Of a stretch of DNA of 64,000 bases, positions 22,560 through 36,448 are shown in pieces. Position 1 is the stretch's first letter; each line of letters begins with the position of its first letter. Position numbers and translations under genes: made by a program. Source of the stretch: Felis catus (taxonomy: Eukaryota); assembly GCF_018350175.1 (NCBI RefSeq), contig NC_058373.1:59644001-59708000 (forward strand), in the 5' to 3' direction. The notes beneath the pieces were generated by a model. It ran no database searches and was not told the DNA's origin. It saw only the letters and a program-made list of their open reading frames with translations.

Positions 22560-24480
22560 TTTTAAAATTTAAATCCAAGTTAGTCAACATATAGTGTAAT
22601 AATAATTTCAGGAATAGAATTTAGTGATTCATCACTTACATGTGATGATTCCAGTGCTCATTCCAACAAGTGTCCTCCTTAATGCCCCTTACCTCTTTAG
22701 TCTTTCCCTGCACCCAACACCCTGCCAGCAACCCTCAGTTGGTTCTCTGTATTTAAGAGTTTCCTATGGGTTGTCTCCCTCTCTGTACTATTTTTGCTTC
22801 CCTTTCCTTATATTCATGTTTTATATCTTAAATTCCACATATGAGTGAAATCCTATGATATTTGTCTTTTTCTGACTTATTCGCNNNNNNNNNNNNNNNN
22901 NNNNNNNNNNNNNNNNNNNNNNNNNNNNNNNNNNNNNNNNNNNNNNNNNNNNNNNNNNNNNNNNNNNNNNNNNNNNNNNNNNNNNNNNNNNNNNNNNNNN
23001 NNNNNNNNNNNNNNNNNNNNNNNNNNNNNNNNNNNNNNNNNNNNNNNNNNNNNNGTGATCCATTCATCTGCTGATGAATATTTGGGCTCTTTCCATACTT
23101 TGGCTATGGTCAATAGTGATGCTATAAACATTGGGATGCATGTGCCCCTTTGAATCAGCATTTCTCTATCCTTTGGATAAATACCTAGTAGTGCAATTGC
23201 TGGTTCATAGGGTAGTTCTATTTTTAATTTTTTAAAAGTATTTTTAGTATTTTAAGTTTATTTATTTTGAGAGAGACAGGGTGATTGGAGGAGGGACAGA
23301 GAGAGAGGGAGACAAAGAGGCTCCCAAGCAGGCTCTGTGCCACAAGCATAGAGCCCAATGTGGGGCTTGAACCCATAAACTGTGAAGTCATGACCTGAGC
23401 CAAAACCAAGAGTTGGACACTTAACCTCCTGAGCCACCTAGGCGCCCCTCTATTTTTAATTTTTTGAGGAACCTCCATACTGTTTTCCAGAGTGGCTTTT
23501 CCATCAGAGTGGTGTTTCCCACCAGCAGTGCAAAAGGATTCCTCTTACTCCACATCCTCACCAACATCTGTTGTTGCCTGNNNNNNNNNNNNNNNNNNNN
23601 NNNNNNNNNNNNNNNNNNNNNNNNNNNNNNNNNNNNNNNNNNNNNNNNNNNNNNNNNNNNNNNNNNNNNNNNNNNNNNNNNNNNNNNNNNNNNNNNNNNN
23701 NNNNNNNNNNNNNNNNNNNNNNNNNNNNNNNNNNNNNNNNNNNNTTCACTGGATTATTTGTTTTTTGGGTGTTGAGTTTGATAAGTTCTTTATAGGTTTT
23801 GTATACTAACCCTTTATTTGATACATCATTTGCAAAAATCTCCCATTCCGTTGGTTGCCTTTTAGTTTTGTTGATTGTTTCCTTTGCTGTGCAGAAGATT
23901 TTTATCTTGATGAGGTCTCACTAATTCATTTTTGCTTTTGTTTCCCTTGCCTCTGGAGACATGTCAAGTAAGAATTTGCTGTGGCCAAGTTCAAAGAAGT
24001 TGTTGCCTATTTTCTCTAAGATTTTGATGGCTTCCTGTCTTAGGTTTATGTCTTTCATCCATTTTGAGTTTATTTTTGTGTATGGTATAAGAAAGTGGTC
24101 CAGGTTCATTCTTCTGCAGGTCACAGTCCAGTTTTCCCAGCACCATTTGCTGAAGAGACTTTCCTTTTTCTATTGGATATTCTTTCCTGCTTTGTCAAAG
24201 ATTAGTTGGCCATATGTTTGTGGGTCCATTTCTGGGTTGTCTATTCTGTTCATTGATCCATGTGTCTGTTCTTGTGCCAGTACCATACTGTCTTGATGAT
24301 TAAAGCTTTATAACACATCTTGAAGTCTGGAATTGTGCTGCTTCCAGCTTTGGTCTTCTTTTTAAGAAAGCAAATAGCTTTGGCTATTCGAGGTCTTTTC
24401 TGGTTCCATACAAGTTTTAGGATTGTTTGTTCTAGCTCTGTGAAGGATGATGGTGTTATTTTAATAGGGGTTGTTGCACC
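22560..24480 (-). mobile_element. Carnivore L1, 5'-truncated (ORF2 C-terminus + 3'UTR), with a Can-SINE inserted at 23234-23448
   Basis: Minus-strand peptides [43 protein letters not shown]; the inserted SINE has 17-nt TSD TCTATTTTTAATTTTTT. Confidence 0.92.
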
Positions 24481-24665
24481 ATTAATTTTAATCAAACATC
24501 ATTTTCACCTGTTTCTGAGCCAAAGGGGGGGTCCTTTTATTCCATGTCATTCTATTTCCTTGCCATTGCTCCGGGCAGTGATTCCACTCCACTAAGTGTC
24601 CCGTAGGTTTTTTTGTATTAGAAGAGACCTCACAAGTAATTTATGTTCCATCAAAGCAGGAACAC

Positions 24666-25830
24666 CTTTTCTTTTTTTTTTTTTAAGTTTTATTTATTTT
24701 TGACAGAGAAAGTGTGAGCATGGGAGGGGCAGAGTGAGAGGGAGACAGAGAGAGGTTCCACACCAGGCTCTGTGCTGACAGCAGAGAGCCCATGCGGGCT
24801 CAAACTCATGAACTGTGAGATCATGACCTGAGCCAAAGTCAGACACTCAGCCACTACTAAGCCACCCAGGTGCCCCAAAGCAGGAACACTATTTAGAACA
24901 TCACTGAAAGGGGGATATCCAACTGATGCTTAATGTTTCTAGTTATTGGGGATTTATTATCTAGAAGGAATCCCATGCCACTGTAGGATGACTTAAGCCT
25001 TCAGAAATGTTTGTTACTAAAAATTCTATCATTTATTGAGTGTTTAATATGTATGAGGATATATATTTATACATAAACACTGACTTGTACACTTTAAAAT
25101 GATGAATTTTATGTGGATTAGACCTCATTTTTTTAAACGTTTATTTATTTTGGAGAGAGAATGCATGAGTAAGGAGGGGCAGAGAGAGACGGGGACAGAA
25201 GATCCAAAGCGAGCTGCTGACAGCAGACAGCCCAATGCAGGCTCAAACTCACAAACCATGAATTCATGGCCTGAGCAGAGATCAAGAGTCAGACGCTTAA
25301 CTGACTGAGCCATCCAGGCACCCCATGCCCTATTTCTTATGATAGCAATTTTATTACAATATTATATATTGAAATTTATCTTAACATTTTGGGGGCACTG
25401 GGTGGCTTAATCAGTTAAGTGTCTGACTCTTGATCTCCGCTCAGGCCATGATCTTACCTGAGATTGAGTCTTGCATCAGGCTCTGCACTGAGTATGGAGC
25501 CTGCTTGAAATTCTCTTCCTTCCTCTCCCTCTGCCCCTCCCCTGCTTGCACACTCTCTCTCAAAAAACAAAATAAAAAATAAATTTAAAAAATAATAAAA
25601 TAGGGGTGCCTGGGTGGCTCAGTCGGTTGAGCGTCCTACTTCAGCTCAGGTCATGATCTCACGGTCTGTGAGTTTGAGCCCCATGTTGGGCTCTGTGCTG
25701 ACAGCTCAGAGCCTGGAGCCTGCTTTGGATTCTGTGTCTCCATCTCCCTCTGTCCCTGCCCCGCTCATGCTCTGTCTCTCTCTGTGTCAAAAATAAACAT
25801 TAAAAAAATAACTTAAAAAATAATAAAATA
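24666..25830. mobile_element. Can-SINE cluster: -24666-24876 (TSD AAAGCAGGAACAC), -25127-25324, +25391-25601, +25602-25830
   Basis: SINE heads/tails; the last two are in tandem. Confidence 0.9.
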
Positions 25831-26449
25831 TTTTTTTATTTAAAAAAATTTTTAAAGAACTAGGGCATAAATATTTGGAAAGAAGAGAGGGATGGGTGAA
25901 AGAAGTGAAGGGAATTAAGAGTACACTTATGATGCACACTGAGTAATGTATAGAAGTTGAATCATATACTGTACACCTGAACTAATATAACACTGTATGT
26001 TTATTATACTTGAACCAAAAAACCCAAAAATATAAAGCAACAATTATAAAAAAACAAAAATATATTTGGAAAGAAAAACTAAAAACACTATTTTTAGACA
26101 CCACTATATACCTAGAAACCCTAAAACTATCAACTAGAATTAGAGATAACAAAGGATTTCCATTAGGTACAAACAGAAGAGGGTTTGAGACAGAAACCTG
26201 GGAAACAGGAACATATAAGGGATAGAAGGAGGAAAAGAAGTCAGAAAGGAGCCTGAGAGGGAAGAGATGAAGAGACAGAAGGATAATCATTCCAGAGTAA
26301 AGTCCTTAGAGCCAACATAGAATTTGAAGAAAGGAATGGTGCAGTCAGATCCCAATCAAAGCATCCATTGAGCCTGGCAGTCAGAATTTAATAAGCCTAA
26401 TAAAAGGGAGTAAGGAAATATTATTTAAGAAAACAGCATCTTTGTGTAG

Positions 26450-26590
26450 CTTTGCTCAAATTGGGTCTGAGGACCAGTGGAATTAGCTTCACCTGGTAAC
26501 TTGTTGGAAGTGCAGAATCACGGGTCCCATCCTCAGCACCTATTGAATCAGGTGTTACATATGCACGTTAAAGTTTCAAAAGCGCTGTTT
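26450..26590. mobile_element. MER5A-like hAT-Charlie DNA transposon remnant
   Basis: GGACCAG...TCACCTGG.AACTTGTT.GAA.TGCAGAAT...GGGTCCCA...TGCACGTTAAAGTTT pattern. Confidence 0.6.
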
Positions 26591-27462
26591 TATAGGTATT
26601 TGATGAATGATCTCTTGGCTTTCTATAGCTTTTTCAAATGAGTGATCTATGCAGGTCACCTCATTCTTTAACTCCTTAATGAAAATGATCTGATTTCAAT
26701 TCTATTGAAACAGAGTTTATTCAACAAATATTTGTTGAGTTCTATGTTCCAGACACCATTCTAGGCATTAGGATACATCAGTGAATGAACAGGACAGAAA
26801 TCCTTGCTCCATCCTAACTAGTTCTTCATAAGATCACCAAATAAGAAATGATGTTTTCCATGAAGGCTGATTTTACCTCCTCCATTTTCCCCCTGAATTA
26901 TCCTTCTAGCAGCCTAGAGTCATGTAATAACAACTTTTCAAAAACAAAAGCAAGCAAAACCTTTTCTGACTAAACACAAATATTCTAAGGTTGAAAAGTC
27001 AAGCCCCACTGGCAATTAATCTATTATTCCTCTTCCTTCCTTCTTATCCTTGCCCTGAGTATCCCCATAGGGATACCATAGGGTACCATAGGGTACCCCA
27101 TAGGGATACCTCACTATTCATAAGGAAGAGATTAAACTCTATGCCAGGTAATGGTGAGGGTTCTTCAGGAACATTTTGGAAGTGAAATTATCACTTAGAT
27201 ATTATTGTGATATAACAAACTTAAAATTTTTTCATATATGGTTTGTGTTGAGCTTTTATTTTGGAACATAGTTTCCCCCTTTGATCTCCAGTTATTACTT
27301 ACATCGTCAAATATCATACTGAAATGTAAACCAATGTGTTCCCACTTGGAAGCAGAAAATTTTATATCTGTTTTATTATAGCACAGTGTATGTAAAAGGT
27401 AAGAATGAAAGAAAAATTTTATAATAACAGTATAGCTTCTACTTACTGTATTATAGTAACTT

Positions 27463-27683
27463 TTAATTTTTTATTTTTTTAAAATTTTAATGTTTATTTT
27501 AGAGACAGAGAGACAGAGCACAAGTGGGAGAGGGTCAGAGAGAGAGGGAGACACAGAATCTGAAGCAGACTCCAGGTTCTGAGCTGTCAGCACAGAGCTT
27601 GATGCAGGGCTCGAACCCACGAACTGTGATATCATGACCTGAGCCAAAGTTGGACACTTAACTGACTGAGCCACCAGGTGCCC
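27463..27683 (-). mobile_element. Can-SINE
   Basis: Full-length reverse-complement SINE. Confidence 0.9.
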
Positions 27684-27951
27684 CTAATTTTTATTTTTTT
27701 AATATTCAACATGGATTATTGGTTATGAATCTATACTATTTTTGCCTTATAATTTTTCCATATATTGTCACTGTGTCTCAAACTTAATATAAAAGTTTTA
27801 AATTTTTAAANNNNNNNNNNNNNNNNNNNNNNNNNNNNNNNNNNNNNNNNNNNNNNNNNNNNNNNNNNNNNNNNNNNNNNNNNNNNNNNNNNNNNNNNNN
27901 NNNNNNNNNNNNNNNNNNNNNNNNNNNNNNNNNNNNNNNNNNNNNNNNNNN

Positions 27952-28628
27952 GGCTAAAATGAACAAATCAGGAGACTATAGATGCTGGAGAGGATGTGGA
28001 GAAACGGGAACCCTCTTGCACTTTTGGTGGGAATGCAAACTGGTGCAGCCACTCTGGAAAACAGTGTGGAGGTTCCTCAAAACATAAAAAATAGATCTAC
28101 CCTATGACCCAGCAATAGCACTGCTAGGAATTTATCCAAGGGATACAGGAGTGCTGATGCACAGGGGCACCTGTACCCCAATGTTTATAGCAGCGCTTTC
28201 AACAAGAGCCAAATTATGGAAAAAGCCTAAATGGATAAAGAAGTTGTGGTTTATATATACAATGGAATACTACTTGGCAATGAGAAAGAATGAAATATGG
28301 CCTTTTGTAGCAATGTGGATGGAACTGGACAGTGTTATGCTAAGTGAAATAAGTCATACAGAGAAAGACAGATACCATATGTTTTCACTCTTTTGTGGAT
28401 CCTAAGAAACTTAACAGAAGACCATGGGGGAGGGGAAGGGAAAAAAAAAGTTAGAGAGGGAGCGAGGCAAACCATAAGAGACTCTCAAAAACTGAGAATA
28501 AACTGAGGGTTGATGGGGGGGTGGGAGGGAGGGGAAAGTGGGTGATGGGCATTGAAGAGGTCACTTGTTGGGATGAGCACTGGGTGTTGTATGGAAAGCA
28601 ATTTGACAATAAACTTCATATTTAAAAA
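27952..28628 (+). mobile_element. Felid L1 3' fragment (ORF2 end + 3'UTR + polyA signal)
   Basis: MHRGTCTPMFIAALST...SEISHTEKDRYHMFSLFCGS, G-rich 3'UTR, AATAAA then A tail. Confidence 0.92.
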
Positions 28629-28846
28629 AACTTATTATACTTCCAAAGGTTTAAAACCTCAGAGAATTGGTAGGTCTCAATCCATCTCATTTCTTGAGAC
28701 TTTGAGGTAGTTGGTCAGACTCCTAATGTTCAAAAAGGGGTTCATTTCTTCTTTCAACAAAACTTCTGATGCCTTTTATGTCCCAGCCATGCTGTTCAGT
28801 TTTGAGGATAGAAAAACTGTTCAGTGTATGAATGCAAGCCTTTTTA

Positions 28847-29070
28847 TTTATTTAAAAAAATTTTTTTAATGTTTATTTATTTTTGAGAGAGACAGAGACA
28901 GAATGCAAGTGGGTTAGGGGCAAAGAGATAGAGAGACACAGAATCCCAAGCAGGCTCCAGGCTCTGAGCTGTCAGCACAGAGCCCGACGCAGGGCTCGAA
29001 CCCACGAGCCGTGAGATCATGACCCGAGCGGAAGTTGGTTGCTCAACCGATTGAGCCACCCAGGCGCCCC
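28847..29070 (-). mobile_element. Can-SINE
   Basis: 14-nt TSD TGCAAGCCTTTTTA. Confidence 0.93.
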
Positions 29071-29219
29071 TGCAAGCCTTTTTAAATACTACTTTTAGAG
29101 AGGTTTCTGTTTTTTTACCATAACAAGCAGAAATCTTCATGTTTATATTTGTATTTTTCCTATTCAGCGACTTAGGGTGGGATGAACATTTTCAACATTT
29201 TAGTTTAAAGTAATTTGAG

Positions 29220-29463
29220 GGGCGCCTGGGTGGCGCAGTCGGTTAAGCGTCCGACTTCAGCCAGGTCACGATCTCGCGGTCCGTGAGTTCGAGCCCAGCG
29301 TCAGGCTCTGGGCTGATGGCTCAGAGCCTGGAGCCTGTTTCCAATTCTGTGTCTCCCTCTCTCTCTGCCCCTCGCCCGTTCATGCTCTGTCTCTCTCTGT
29401 CCCAAAAATAAATAAACGTTGAAAAAAAAATTTTTTTTTAATAAAAAAAAAAAAGAAAAAAAT
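29220..29463 (+). mobile_element. Young felid Can-SINE (SINEC_Fc-type)
   Basis: Near-identical to the 888 copy; TSD AAAGTAATTTGAG. Confidence 0.95.
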
Positions 29464-29479
29464 AAAGTAATTTGAGACT

Positions 29480-30520
29480 CACAGAAGATATGCAAAAGTA
29501 GTTCCTATGTACCTACCACCCAGCTTTCTCTAATATTAGCATCCCACATAACCAGGATATAATGACCAAATCAATAAATTAACACTGGTAATATGGTATT
29601 AATTTAGGTATAGGCCTTACCAGAATTTCACCAGTTTTTCCACTAATGTCCTTTTTTTCTCTTTCAGTTTCCAGACCAATATTCAACATTGCATTCAGCG
29701 TTCATATCTTCTTACTTAATCTCCTCTGGTTGTAACAGTTGCCTTAGCCTCTCCCTATCTTTCAAAACCTTGATATATTTGAGGAGTTCTGCTCAGGTAT
29801 TTTGCAGAATGTCCTTCAGTTTGGGCTTATCTGATGTTTTCTCATGATTATATTGAGGTTATGCATTTTCAGAAAAATACCACTGAGTTGAAGTGCCCTT
29901 CTTAGCACATCGTATCAGGAGGAATACCATAGTGATATATGTTATAACTGGTGATGTTAACTTTGATCCCTTAGTTAAGGTGATGTCAACTAGGTTTCTC
30001 TGCTGTGAAGCTAACTATTTTTCCCCTTTATAGTTAATAAATACTTGGAAGGAGATACTGAAAGCTTATGCAAATACTTTGGTTCTTCTTAAACTTTTCT
30101 CTACTAATTTTAACATTCATCAGTAGATCCTGTTTGTAGCAATCACTAGCAGCCATTGTTGCTTCATTCTTTACAAACTCTCACTAACTAGTTTTGTCCA
30201 CTTTTATGGTTTCAACTACTATTTGTATGCTGATGACTTCCAATTCCATTTTCAATCCAGACCTCTCCTAGAAACTCCAAGAAAAATATTTAGTTGTCTA
30301 TCCTCAGGAATTTCATTTGTCTATTCTTAAGTACTTCATTTCTAATATGTCCAAAACTGAATTATTACCATTCCTTCAAACCTGTTCTTCCTCTTCTAGT
30401 CCCAATAAGGGCTGCCAAGCAATTTCCCTAGATTGGGGGAGTCCTCAATGATCCCCTCCCTACTTTACTCAACTAGTTCCATGTTTTTTTCTGAAAACCT
30501 TTCACTTAAAACACTACTTC
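29480..30520. mobile_element. Old L1M (antisense 3' end) and L2 remnants
   Basis: Degenerate L1M 3'UTR-like sequence to about 30120, then the L2 motif GCTGATGACTTCCAA...CCAGACCTCTCC. Confidence 0.55.
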
Positions 30521-30522
30521 TT

Positions 30523-31863
30523 GGGGTGCCTGAGTGGCTCAGTTGGTTAAACGTCCAACTCTTGGTTTCAGCTCAGGTCATGATCTCACAGTTCATGAGT
30601 TTGAGCTCTGCATTGGGCTCTGCACTTTGGGGTTTCTCTCTCCCTGTCTCTTTGCCCTCCCTAGCTCACTCTTTCTCTCCCTCCCTCTCTCTGTCAAAAA
30701 AAAAAAAATAAATAAACATTTAAAAATCTAAAAAAAGAGAGATTCAAAAACACTGAATTAGCAAGTATTAAACCATTGCTCCTAGGGGAAGTATGGGGTT
30801 AGCCTCTGGTCACAACAGGTGGATACAAAACCTTGTTTTATGCATTGTGTTTTATGTAAGTTATTTCTGTTTGAAGACTCCTTATTTAATATATGTTGTT
30901 GATTTATTAGCAGTAACCTCTCTGTCAACAGCACTACAACTCATGCCTAAATAAAGTTTATCTAACGCATATTTTCTCTCTAAGGCACATCATAGCCTTC
31001 CTGTGCTTAGGAACACTGGAAGGAACTTTAGCACTAAGCATGAGGGCTACTTTAAATAGCAAAATCATGAACAAAAATAACAAAAATGTTAAACTTCTGG
31101 CACTAAATAGATCATGAAAAGGACACAAATTTATATTATGAGAAGGCAGTGAAATATTGCCTTGTTTAAGGCAATGTAGACAACGTAGACACCAGGTGAC
31201 TCAAATTTTTCACCACTCTGTATATGCCTGTGAGTGATTATGAAAAAAAAAAAACAAGTATAGGGGCGTCTGGGTGGCTTATTTGCTTATGTGTCTGGCT
31301 CTTGATTTTGGCTCACGTCATGATTTCATGGTTGTGAGATCAAGCTCCACCCACGCTCGGTGGTGAACCTGGGTGGAGCCACCTGGGTGGCTCAATCGGT
31401 TAAGTGTCCGACTTCCGCCCAGGTCATGATTTCGAGGTTCCTGAGTTGGAGCCCCGCATCGGGCTCTGTGCTGACAGCTCAGAGCCTGGAGCCTGCTTTG
31501 GATTCTGTGTCTCCCCATCTCTTGGCCCCTCCCATGCCCATGATCTGCCTCTCTCTGTCTCTCAATAATAAATAAACGTTAAAAAAAATTAAGAAAAAAA
31601 GATTCTCTATCCCTTGGGGCGCCTGGGTGTCTCAGTCAGTTAAATGTCCAACTCTTGGTTTCAGATCAAGTCATGATCTCATGGTTTGGTTTGTGGGTTC
31701 AAGCCCCACATCCGGCTCTGTGCTGACAGCATGGAGCCTACTTGGGATTCTCTCTCTCCCTCTCTCTCTGCCCCTCCCCTCCTTCTCTCTCTCAAAGTAA
31801 ATATTTGAAAAAAAAGATTTTCTCTCCCTCCTTCTCTCTCTCTGCCCTTCCCCCTCTCACCTG
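30523..31863 (+). mobile_element. Can-SINE 30523-30740, Tigger-like DNA transposon remnant about 30750-31250, and nested triple Can-SINE 31263-31863
   Basis: SINE architecture; the Tigger call rests on GGCACTAAATAG..GAAAAGGACAC..GGTGACTCAAATTTTTC similarity (family uncertain). Confidence 0.75.
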
Positions 31864-32269
31864 NNNNNNNNNNNNNNNNNNNNNNNNNNNNNNNNNNNNN
31901 NNNNNNNNNNNNNNNNNNNNNNNNNNNNNNNNNNNNNNNNNNNNNNNNNNNNNNNNNNNNNNNNNNNNNNNNNNNNNNNNNNNNNNNNNNNNNNNNNNNN
32001 NNNNNNNNNNNNNNNNNNNNNNNNNNNNNNNNNNNNNNNNNNNNNNNNNNNNNNNNNNNNNNNNNNNNNNNNNNNNNNNNNNNNNNNNNNNNNNNNNNNN
32101 NNNNNNNNNNNNGGGATCACAGATTTTAGTGATTTTAAATTTTAGTAGGCTAATTCACAAATACAGAACTCATAAATAATGAGAATGATTGTAAATGTTG
32201 TGGGATAATTTGGAGCTTGAGACTACTTGGCTTTGTGAAATTGCCATCTCAACTTGTGGTTTCTTTTCT

Positions 32270-35200
32270 TTGTCTTTTTTCTTTTTTTTTTTAATATAAT
32301 TTATTGTCAAATTGGTTTACATACAACACCCAGTGCTCATCCCAACAAGTGCCCTCCTCAATGCCCCTCACCCACTTTCCCCTCTTCTCCAGCCCCCATA
32401 AACTTTCAGTTTGTCCTCTGTATTTAAGAGTCTCTTATGGTTTTCTTCCCTCCCTCTCTGTAACTGTTTTTTTTCCCCTTCCCTTCCCCCATGGTCTTCT
32501 GTTAAGTTTCTCAAGATCCATATATGAGTGAAAGCATATGATATCTGTCTTTCTCTGACTGACTTATTTCACTTAGCATAAAAGCCTCCAGTTCCATCCA
32601 GGTTGCCGCAAATGGCTTGATTTTATTCTTTCTCATTGACAAGTAGTATTCTATTGTATATATAAACCACACCTTCTGTATCTATTCATCAGGTGATGGA
32701 CATTTAGGCGCTTTCCACAATTTGGCTCTTGTTGAAAGCGCTGCTATAAACATTGGGGTACATGTGCCTCTATGCATCAGCACTCCTGTATCCCTTGGGN
32801 NNNNNNNNNNNNNNNNNNNNNNNNNNNNNNNNNNNNNNNNNNNNNNNNNNNNNNNNNNNNNNNNNNNNNNNNNNNNNNNNNNNNNNNNNNNNNNNNNNNN
32901 NNNNNNNNNNNNNNNNNNNNNNNNNNNNNNNNNNNNNNNNNNNNNNNNNNNNNNNNNNNNNNNNNNNACTGGAGGGAGAGGCAGAAAGAGAGGGAGAGAG
33001 AGAATCCCAAGCAGGCTCCTCATTATGAGCCCAGAGCATGATATGGGGTCAGTCTCACAAACCTTGATATCATGACCTGAGGCAAAATTGAGTTGGACAC
33101 TTAACAACTGAGCCACTCAGGTGCCCTTTTATTCTTTTCTTTTTCTTTTTTAAGTTTATTTATTTTTGAAAGAGAGAGACAGAGACAAAGAGAGAGAGCA
33201 AGTGGGGGGTGCAGAGAGAGAGGGAGACCAGGAATCCCAAGCAGGCTCCGTGCTGTTAGTGCAGAGCCAGATGTGAGCTTGAACTCATGAACTGTGAGAT
33301 CATGACCTGAGCCGGAATTAAGAGTTGGATACTTAACCAACGTAGCCACCCAGGCACGCTTTTTTTCTTTTTATACTAATTTATTTTACATTTTAAAGAA
33401 TAATACAATTTATTTATTTATTAATTTTTGCTTCTTGTATAAGATTTTTTAATTTTTACTTAAATCAAAATTAGTTAACATATAGTGTAATAATGATTTC
33501 AGGAGTAGAATTTAGTGATTCATCACTTACATATAATACCCAGTGTTCTCCTAACAAGTGCCCTCCTTAATGACCATCACCCATTCAGCTCATCCTCCCA
33601 CCCAATACCCCTCCAGCAACCCTCAGTTTGTTCTCTGTATTTAAGAGTCTCTGACGGTTTGCCTCCCTCTGTGTTTTTGTCTTATTTTTCCTTCCCTTCT
33701 CCTATGTTCCTCTGTTTTGTTTCTTAAATTCCGCACATGAGTGAAATCATATGATATTTATCTTTCTTTGACTGACAGTAATATTTTTGACTGTCAAGTA
33801 ATATTCCATTGTATGTATATGAGTATGTAGATAGATAGATAGATATACATGGACACACACCACATCGTCTTTATCCATTTGTCAGTCAATGGACATTTGG
33901 ACTCTTTCCATAATTTGGCTATTGTTGATAGTGCTGCTATAAACATTGGGGTGCATGTGCCCCTTCAAATTAGCATTTTTGTATAAATAACTAGTATATA
34001 TAGGTATTTGGATAAATAGTTGGTAGTGCAATTGCTGGGTTGTAGGGTAGTTCTATTTTTAATTTTTTGAGGAACTTCCATACTGTTTTCCAGATTGGCT
34101 GCACCAGTTTGCATTCCCACCAGCAGTGCAAAAGAGATCCTCTCTCTCTGCATCCTCGCCAAATCTGTTGTTGCCTGAGTTGTTAATGTTAGCCATTCTG
34201 ACAGGTGTGAGGTGGTATCTCATTGTGGTTTTGATTTGTAGGAATAATACAATTTAAAGCAAGAGTTAAAGTACAATACCTAGGTACAACTAAGTAATTC
34301 ACTGAATTAAGTAATTTGACTATTCTCAATAATTGAACTTCCAGTTTCTTAGTCATACATCTGATACCCTTTTTTATTTATTCATGCAAATTAACTTTAC
34401 TTATTTTACATTCTAAATCTGAAAAATTAAACACTTTTAGTCTTTCAAGTCTGATTATGTTATTTATTATTTCTGCTAACTCTCATTCATGATAGCTTGT
34501 TTTCTCACATGTTTTGTATTTTCTGATTGTGAGTTACTTGTTGTAAATTTCTCTTGTTATTCTTTGAAGTCTGTGTTGTTTTTTTTAAAAGATTTTTTCT
34601 ATATTTATTTTTGAGGGAGGTAGGGGCAAAGAGAGAGGGATAGAGATAATCCCAATCTGACAGCACAGAGACTCATGCAGGGTTTGAACTCACTACCCAT
34701 GAGATCATGACCTGAGCTGAGATCAAGAGTTGGATGCTTAACTGACTGAGTCACCCAGGCACCCTTGAAGTCCGTATTTTAAGTTGGATTCCTCCAGAAT
34801 GGACTTACATTTTTTTTTCTTTCAGGTACCTAAGGACACATAGGTAGCATGAATTTGTGCCTTAAACCTGTAAGAGGACCTACTTGGTCCTTTTTTTTTC
34901 CTTTACAAATTTTTATTTAAATTCTTCTTAGTTAACAAATAGTGTAATATTGTTTTCAGGAGTAGAATTTAGTGATTCATCACTTACATATAACACTCAG
35001 GGCTCAACACAACAAGTACCTTCCTTAATACCCATCACCCATCTAGTCTATCCCCTGCCCACCTCCCTCCATCAACCCTCAGTTTGTTCTCTATTGTAAG
35101 GAGTCTCTTATGGTTTATTTCCCTCTCTCTATTTTCCCCCTTCCTATATGTTCATCTGCTTTGTTTCTTAAATCCCACATAAGAGTGTAATCGTGGTATT

Positions 35201-35925
35201 TGTCTTTCTCTGCCTGACATATTTCACTAACCATAATATACTCTAGCTCCATTCACATTGGTGTAAATAGCAAAATTTAATTCCTTTTATTTTATTTTTT
35301 AAGACAGTGTGTGTGCATGCATGCAAGTGGGGGAGGGGCAGAGGCAGAGAAGGGGAGACACAGAATGTGAAACAGGCTCCAGGCTCTGAGCTGTCAGCAC
35401 AGAGCCTGATGCCAGGCTCGAACTCATGAACTCCAAGATCATGACCTGAGCTGAAGTCAGATGCTTAACTGACTGAGCCACCCAGGAACCCCAAGAGAGA
35501 GAGAATCTTAAGCAGGCTCCACACTCAGCACAAAGCCCAGTGTGGGCTCAATCTCACAACCATGAGATCATGACCTGAGCTGAAAGCAAGAGTCAGACGC
35601 TTAACGCAGAGCCACCCAGGCTCCCCAAGATTTCGTTCCTTTTGATGGCTGAATAATATTCCATTGTATATGTATACCATATCTTCTTTATCCACTCATC
35701 AGTCGATGGACATTTGGGCTCTTTCCATAGTTTGGCTATTGTTGATAGTGCTGCTATAAACATTAGAGTACATGTACCCGTTTGAAACTGTACTTTTGTA
35801 TCCTTTGGGTAAATACCTACTAGTACAATTGCTGGATCATAGGTTAGTTCTTTTAACTTTCTGAGGAAACTCCATGTTGTTTTCCAACATGGTTGCACCA
35901 GTTTGCATTCCCACCAACAGTATCA
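32270..35925 (-). mobile_element. Three antisense L1 3' fragments (about 32270-32800, 33440-34240, 34900-35925) interleaved with antisense Can-SINEs (32968-33126, 33127-33358, 34583-34764, 35287-35490, 35491-35625)
   Basis: L1 ORF2 peptides CTPMFIAALSTRAKLWK and KEPKCPSTDEWIKK; SINE heads. Confidence 0.88.
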
Positions 35926-36448
35926 GCTTGTGGTTTCTAGGTTACTTCAACGGAGAAGACATTACTGGAGCATCATTCACTAGCTCTTAAATTCTTGGTC
36001 ACTTATTATTCATTGGTTAGAACTAATCACTTGCCCCTACCTAGCTGAAAAAGATATGGAAAATGTGGGGATTTCTTGGATATCTAGTGAGCAATACATA
36101 TTTCAGTTACAAAAGGCAAATCAAAAAGGGAAAAAGGGAGAAAAATAATTATAATTTATAAGGGAGGAATGTGTTCTTGTCAGAAGGAGTACCTGTCTGA
36201 CAGGTTTGAGGCAGTGAGGATGTTTCAGATTTCTCAACTTCTTCAGCCCCTCCTAGGTATCTCCCTTTAAATTGCCAGATTACAGAGCATTCTGGTCATC
36301 CCACCAATCTTCTCTATTTCACTTTAGCAAGACACATGATTAATTTCTTATTCTGTACTCCTGTAATTTGTCTGTTGTTTCTGTTTTTCTCTATTTGATC
36401 ACTCATGGATTGAAACTCTTCTCATTTTTGTTGGACTTTACCAAACTG

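Noticed and set aside
23921-35898. 60-100-aa ORFs resembling L1 ORF2
   Set aside because: Short, 5'-truncated, frameshifted and SINE-interrupted; no intact endonuclease/RT, so not autonomous.
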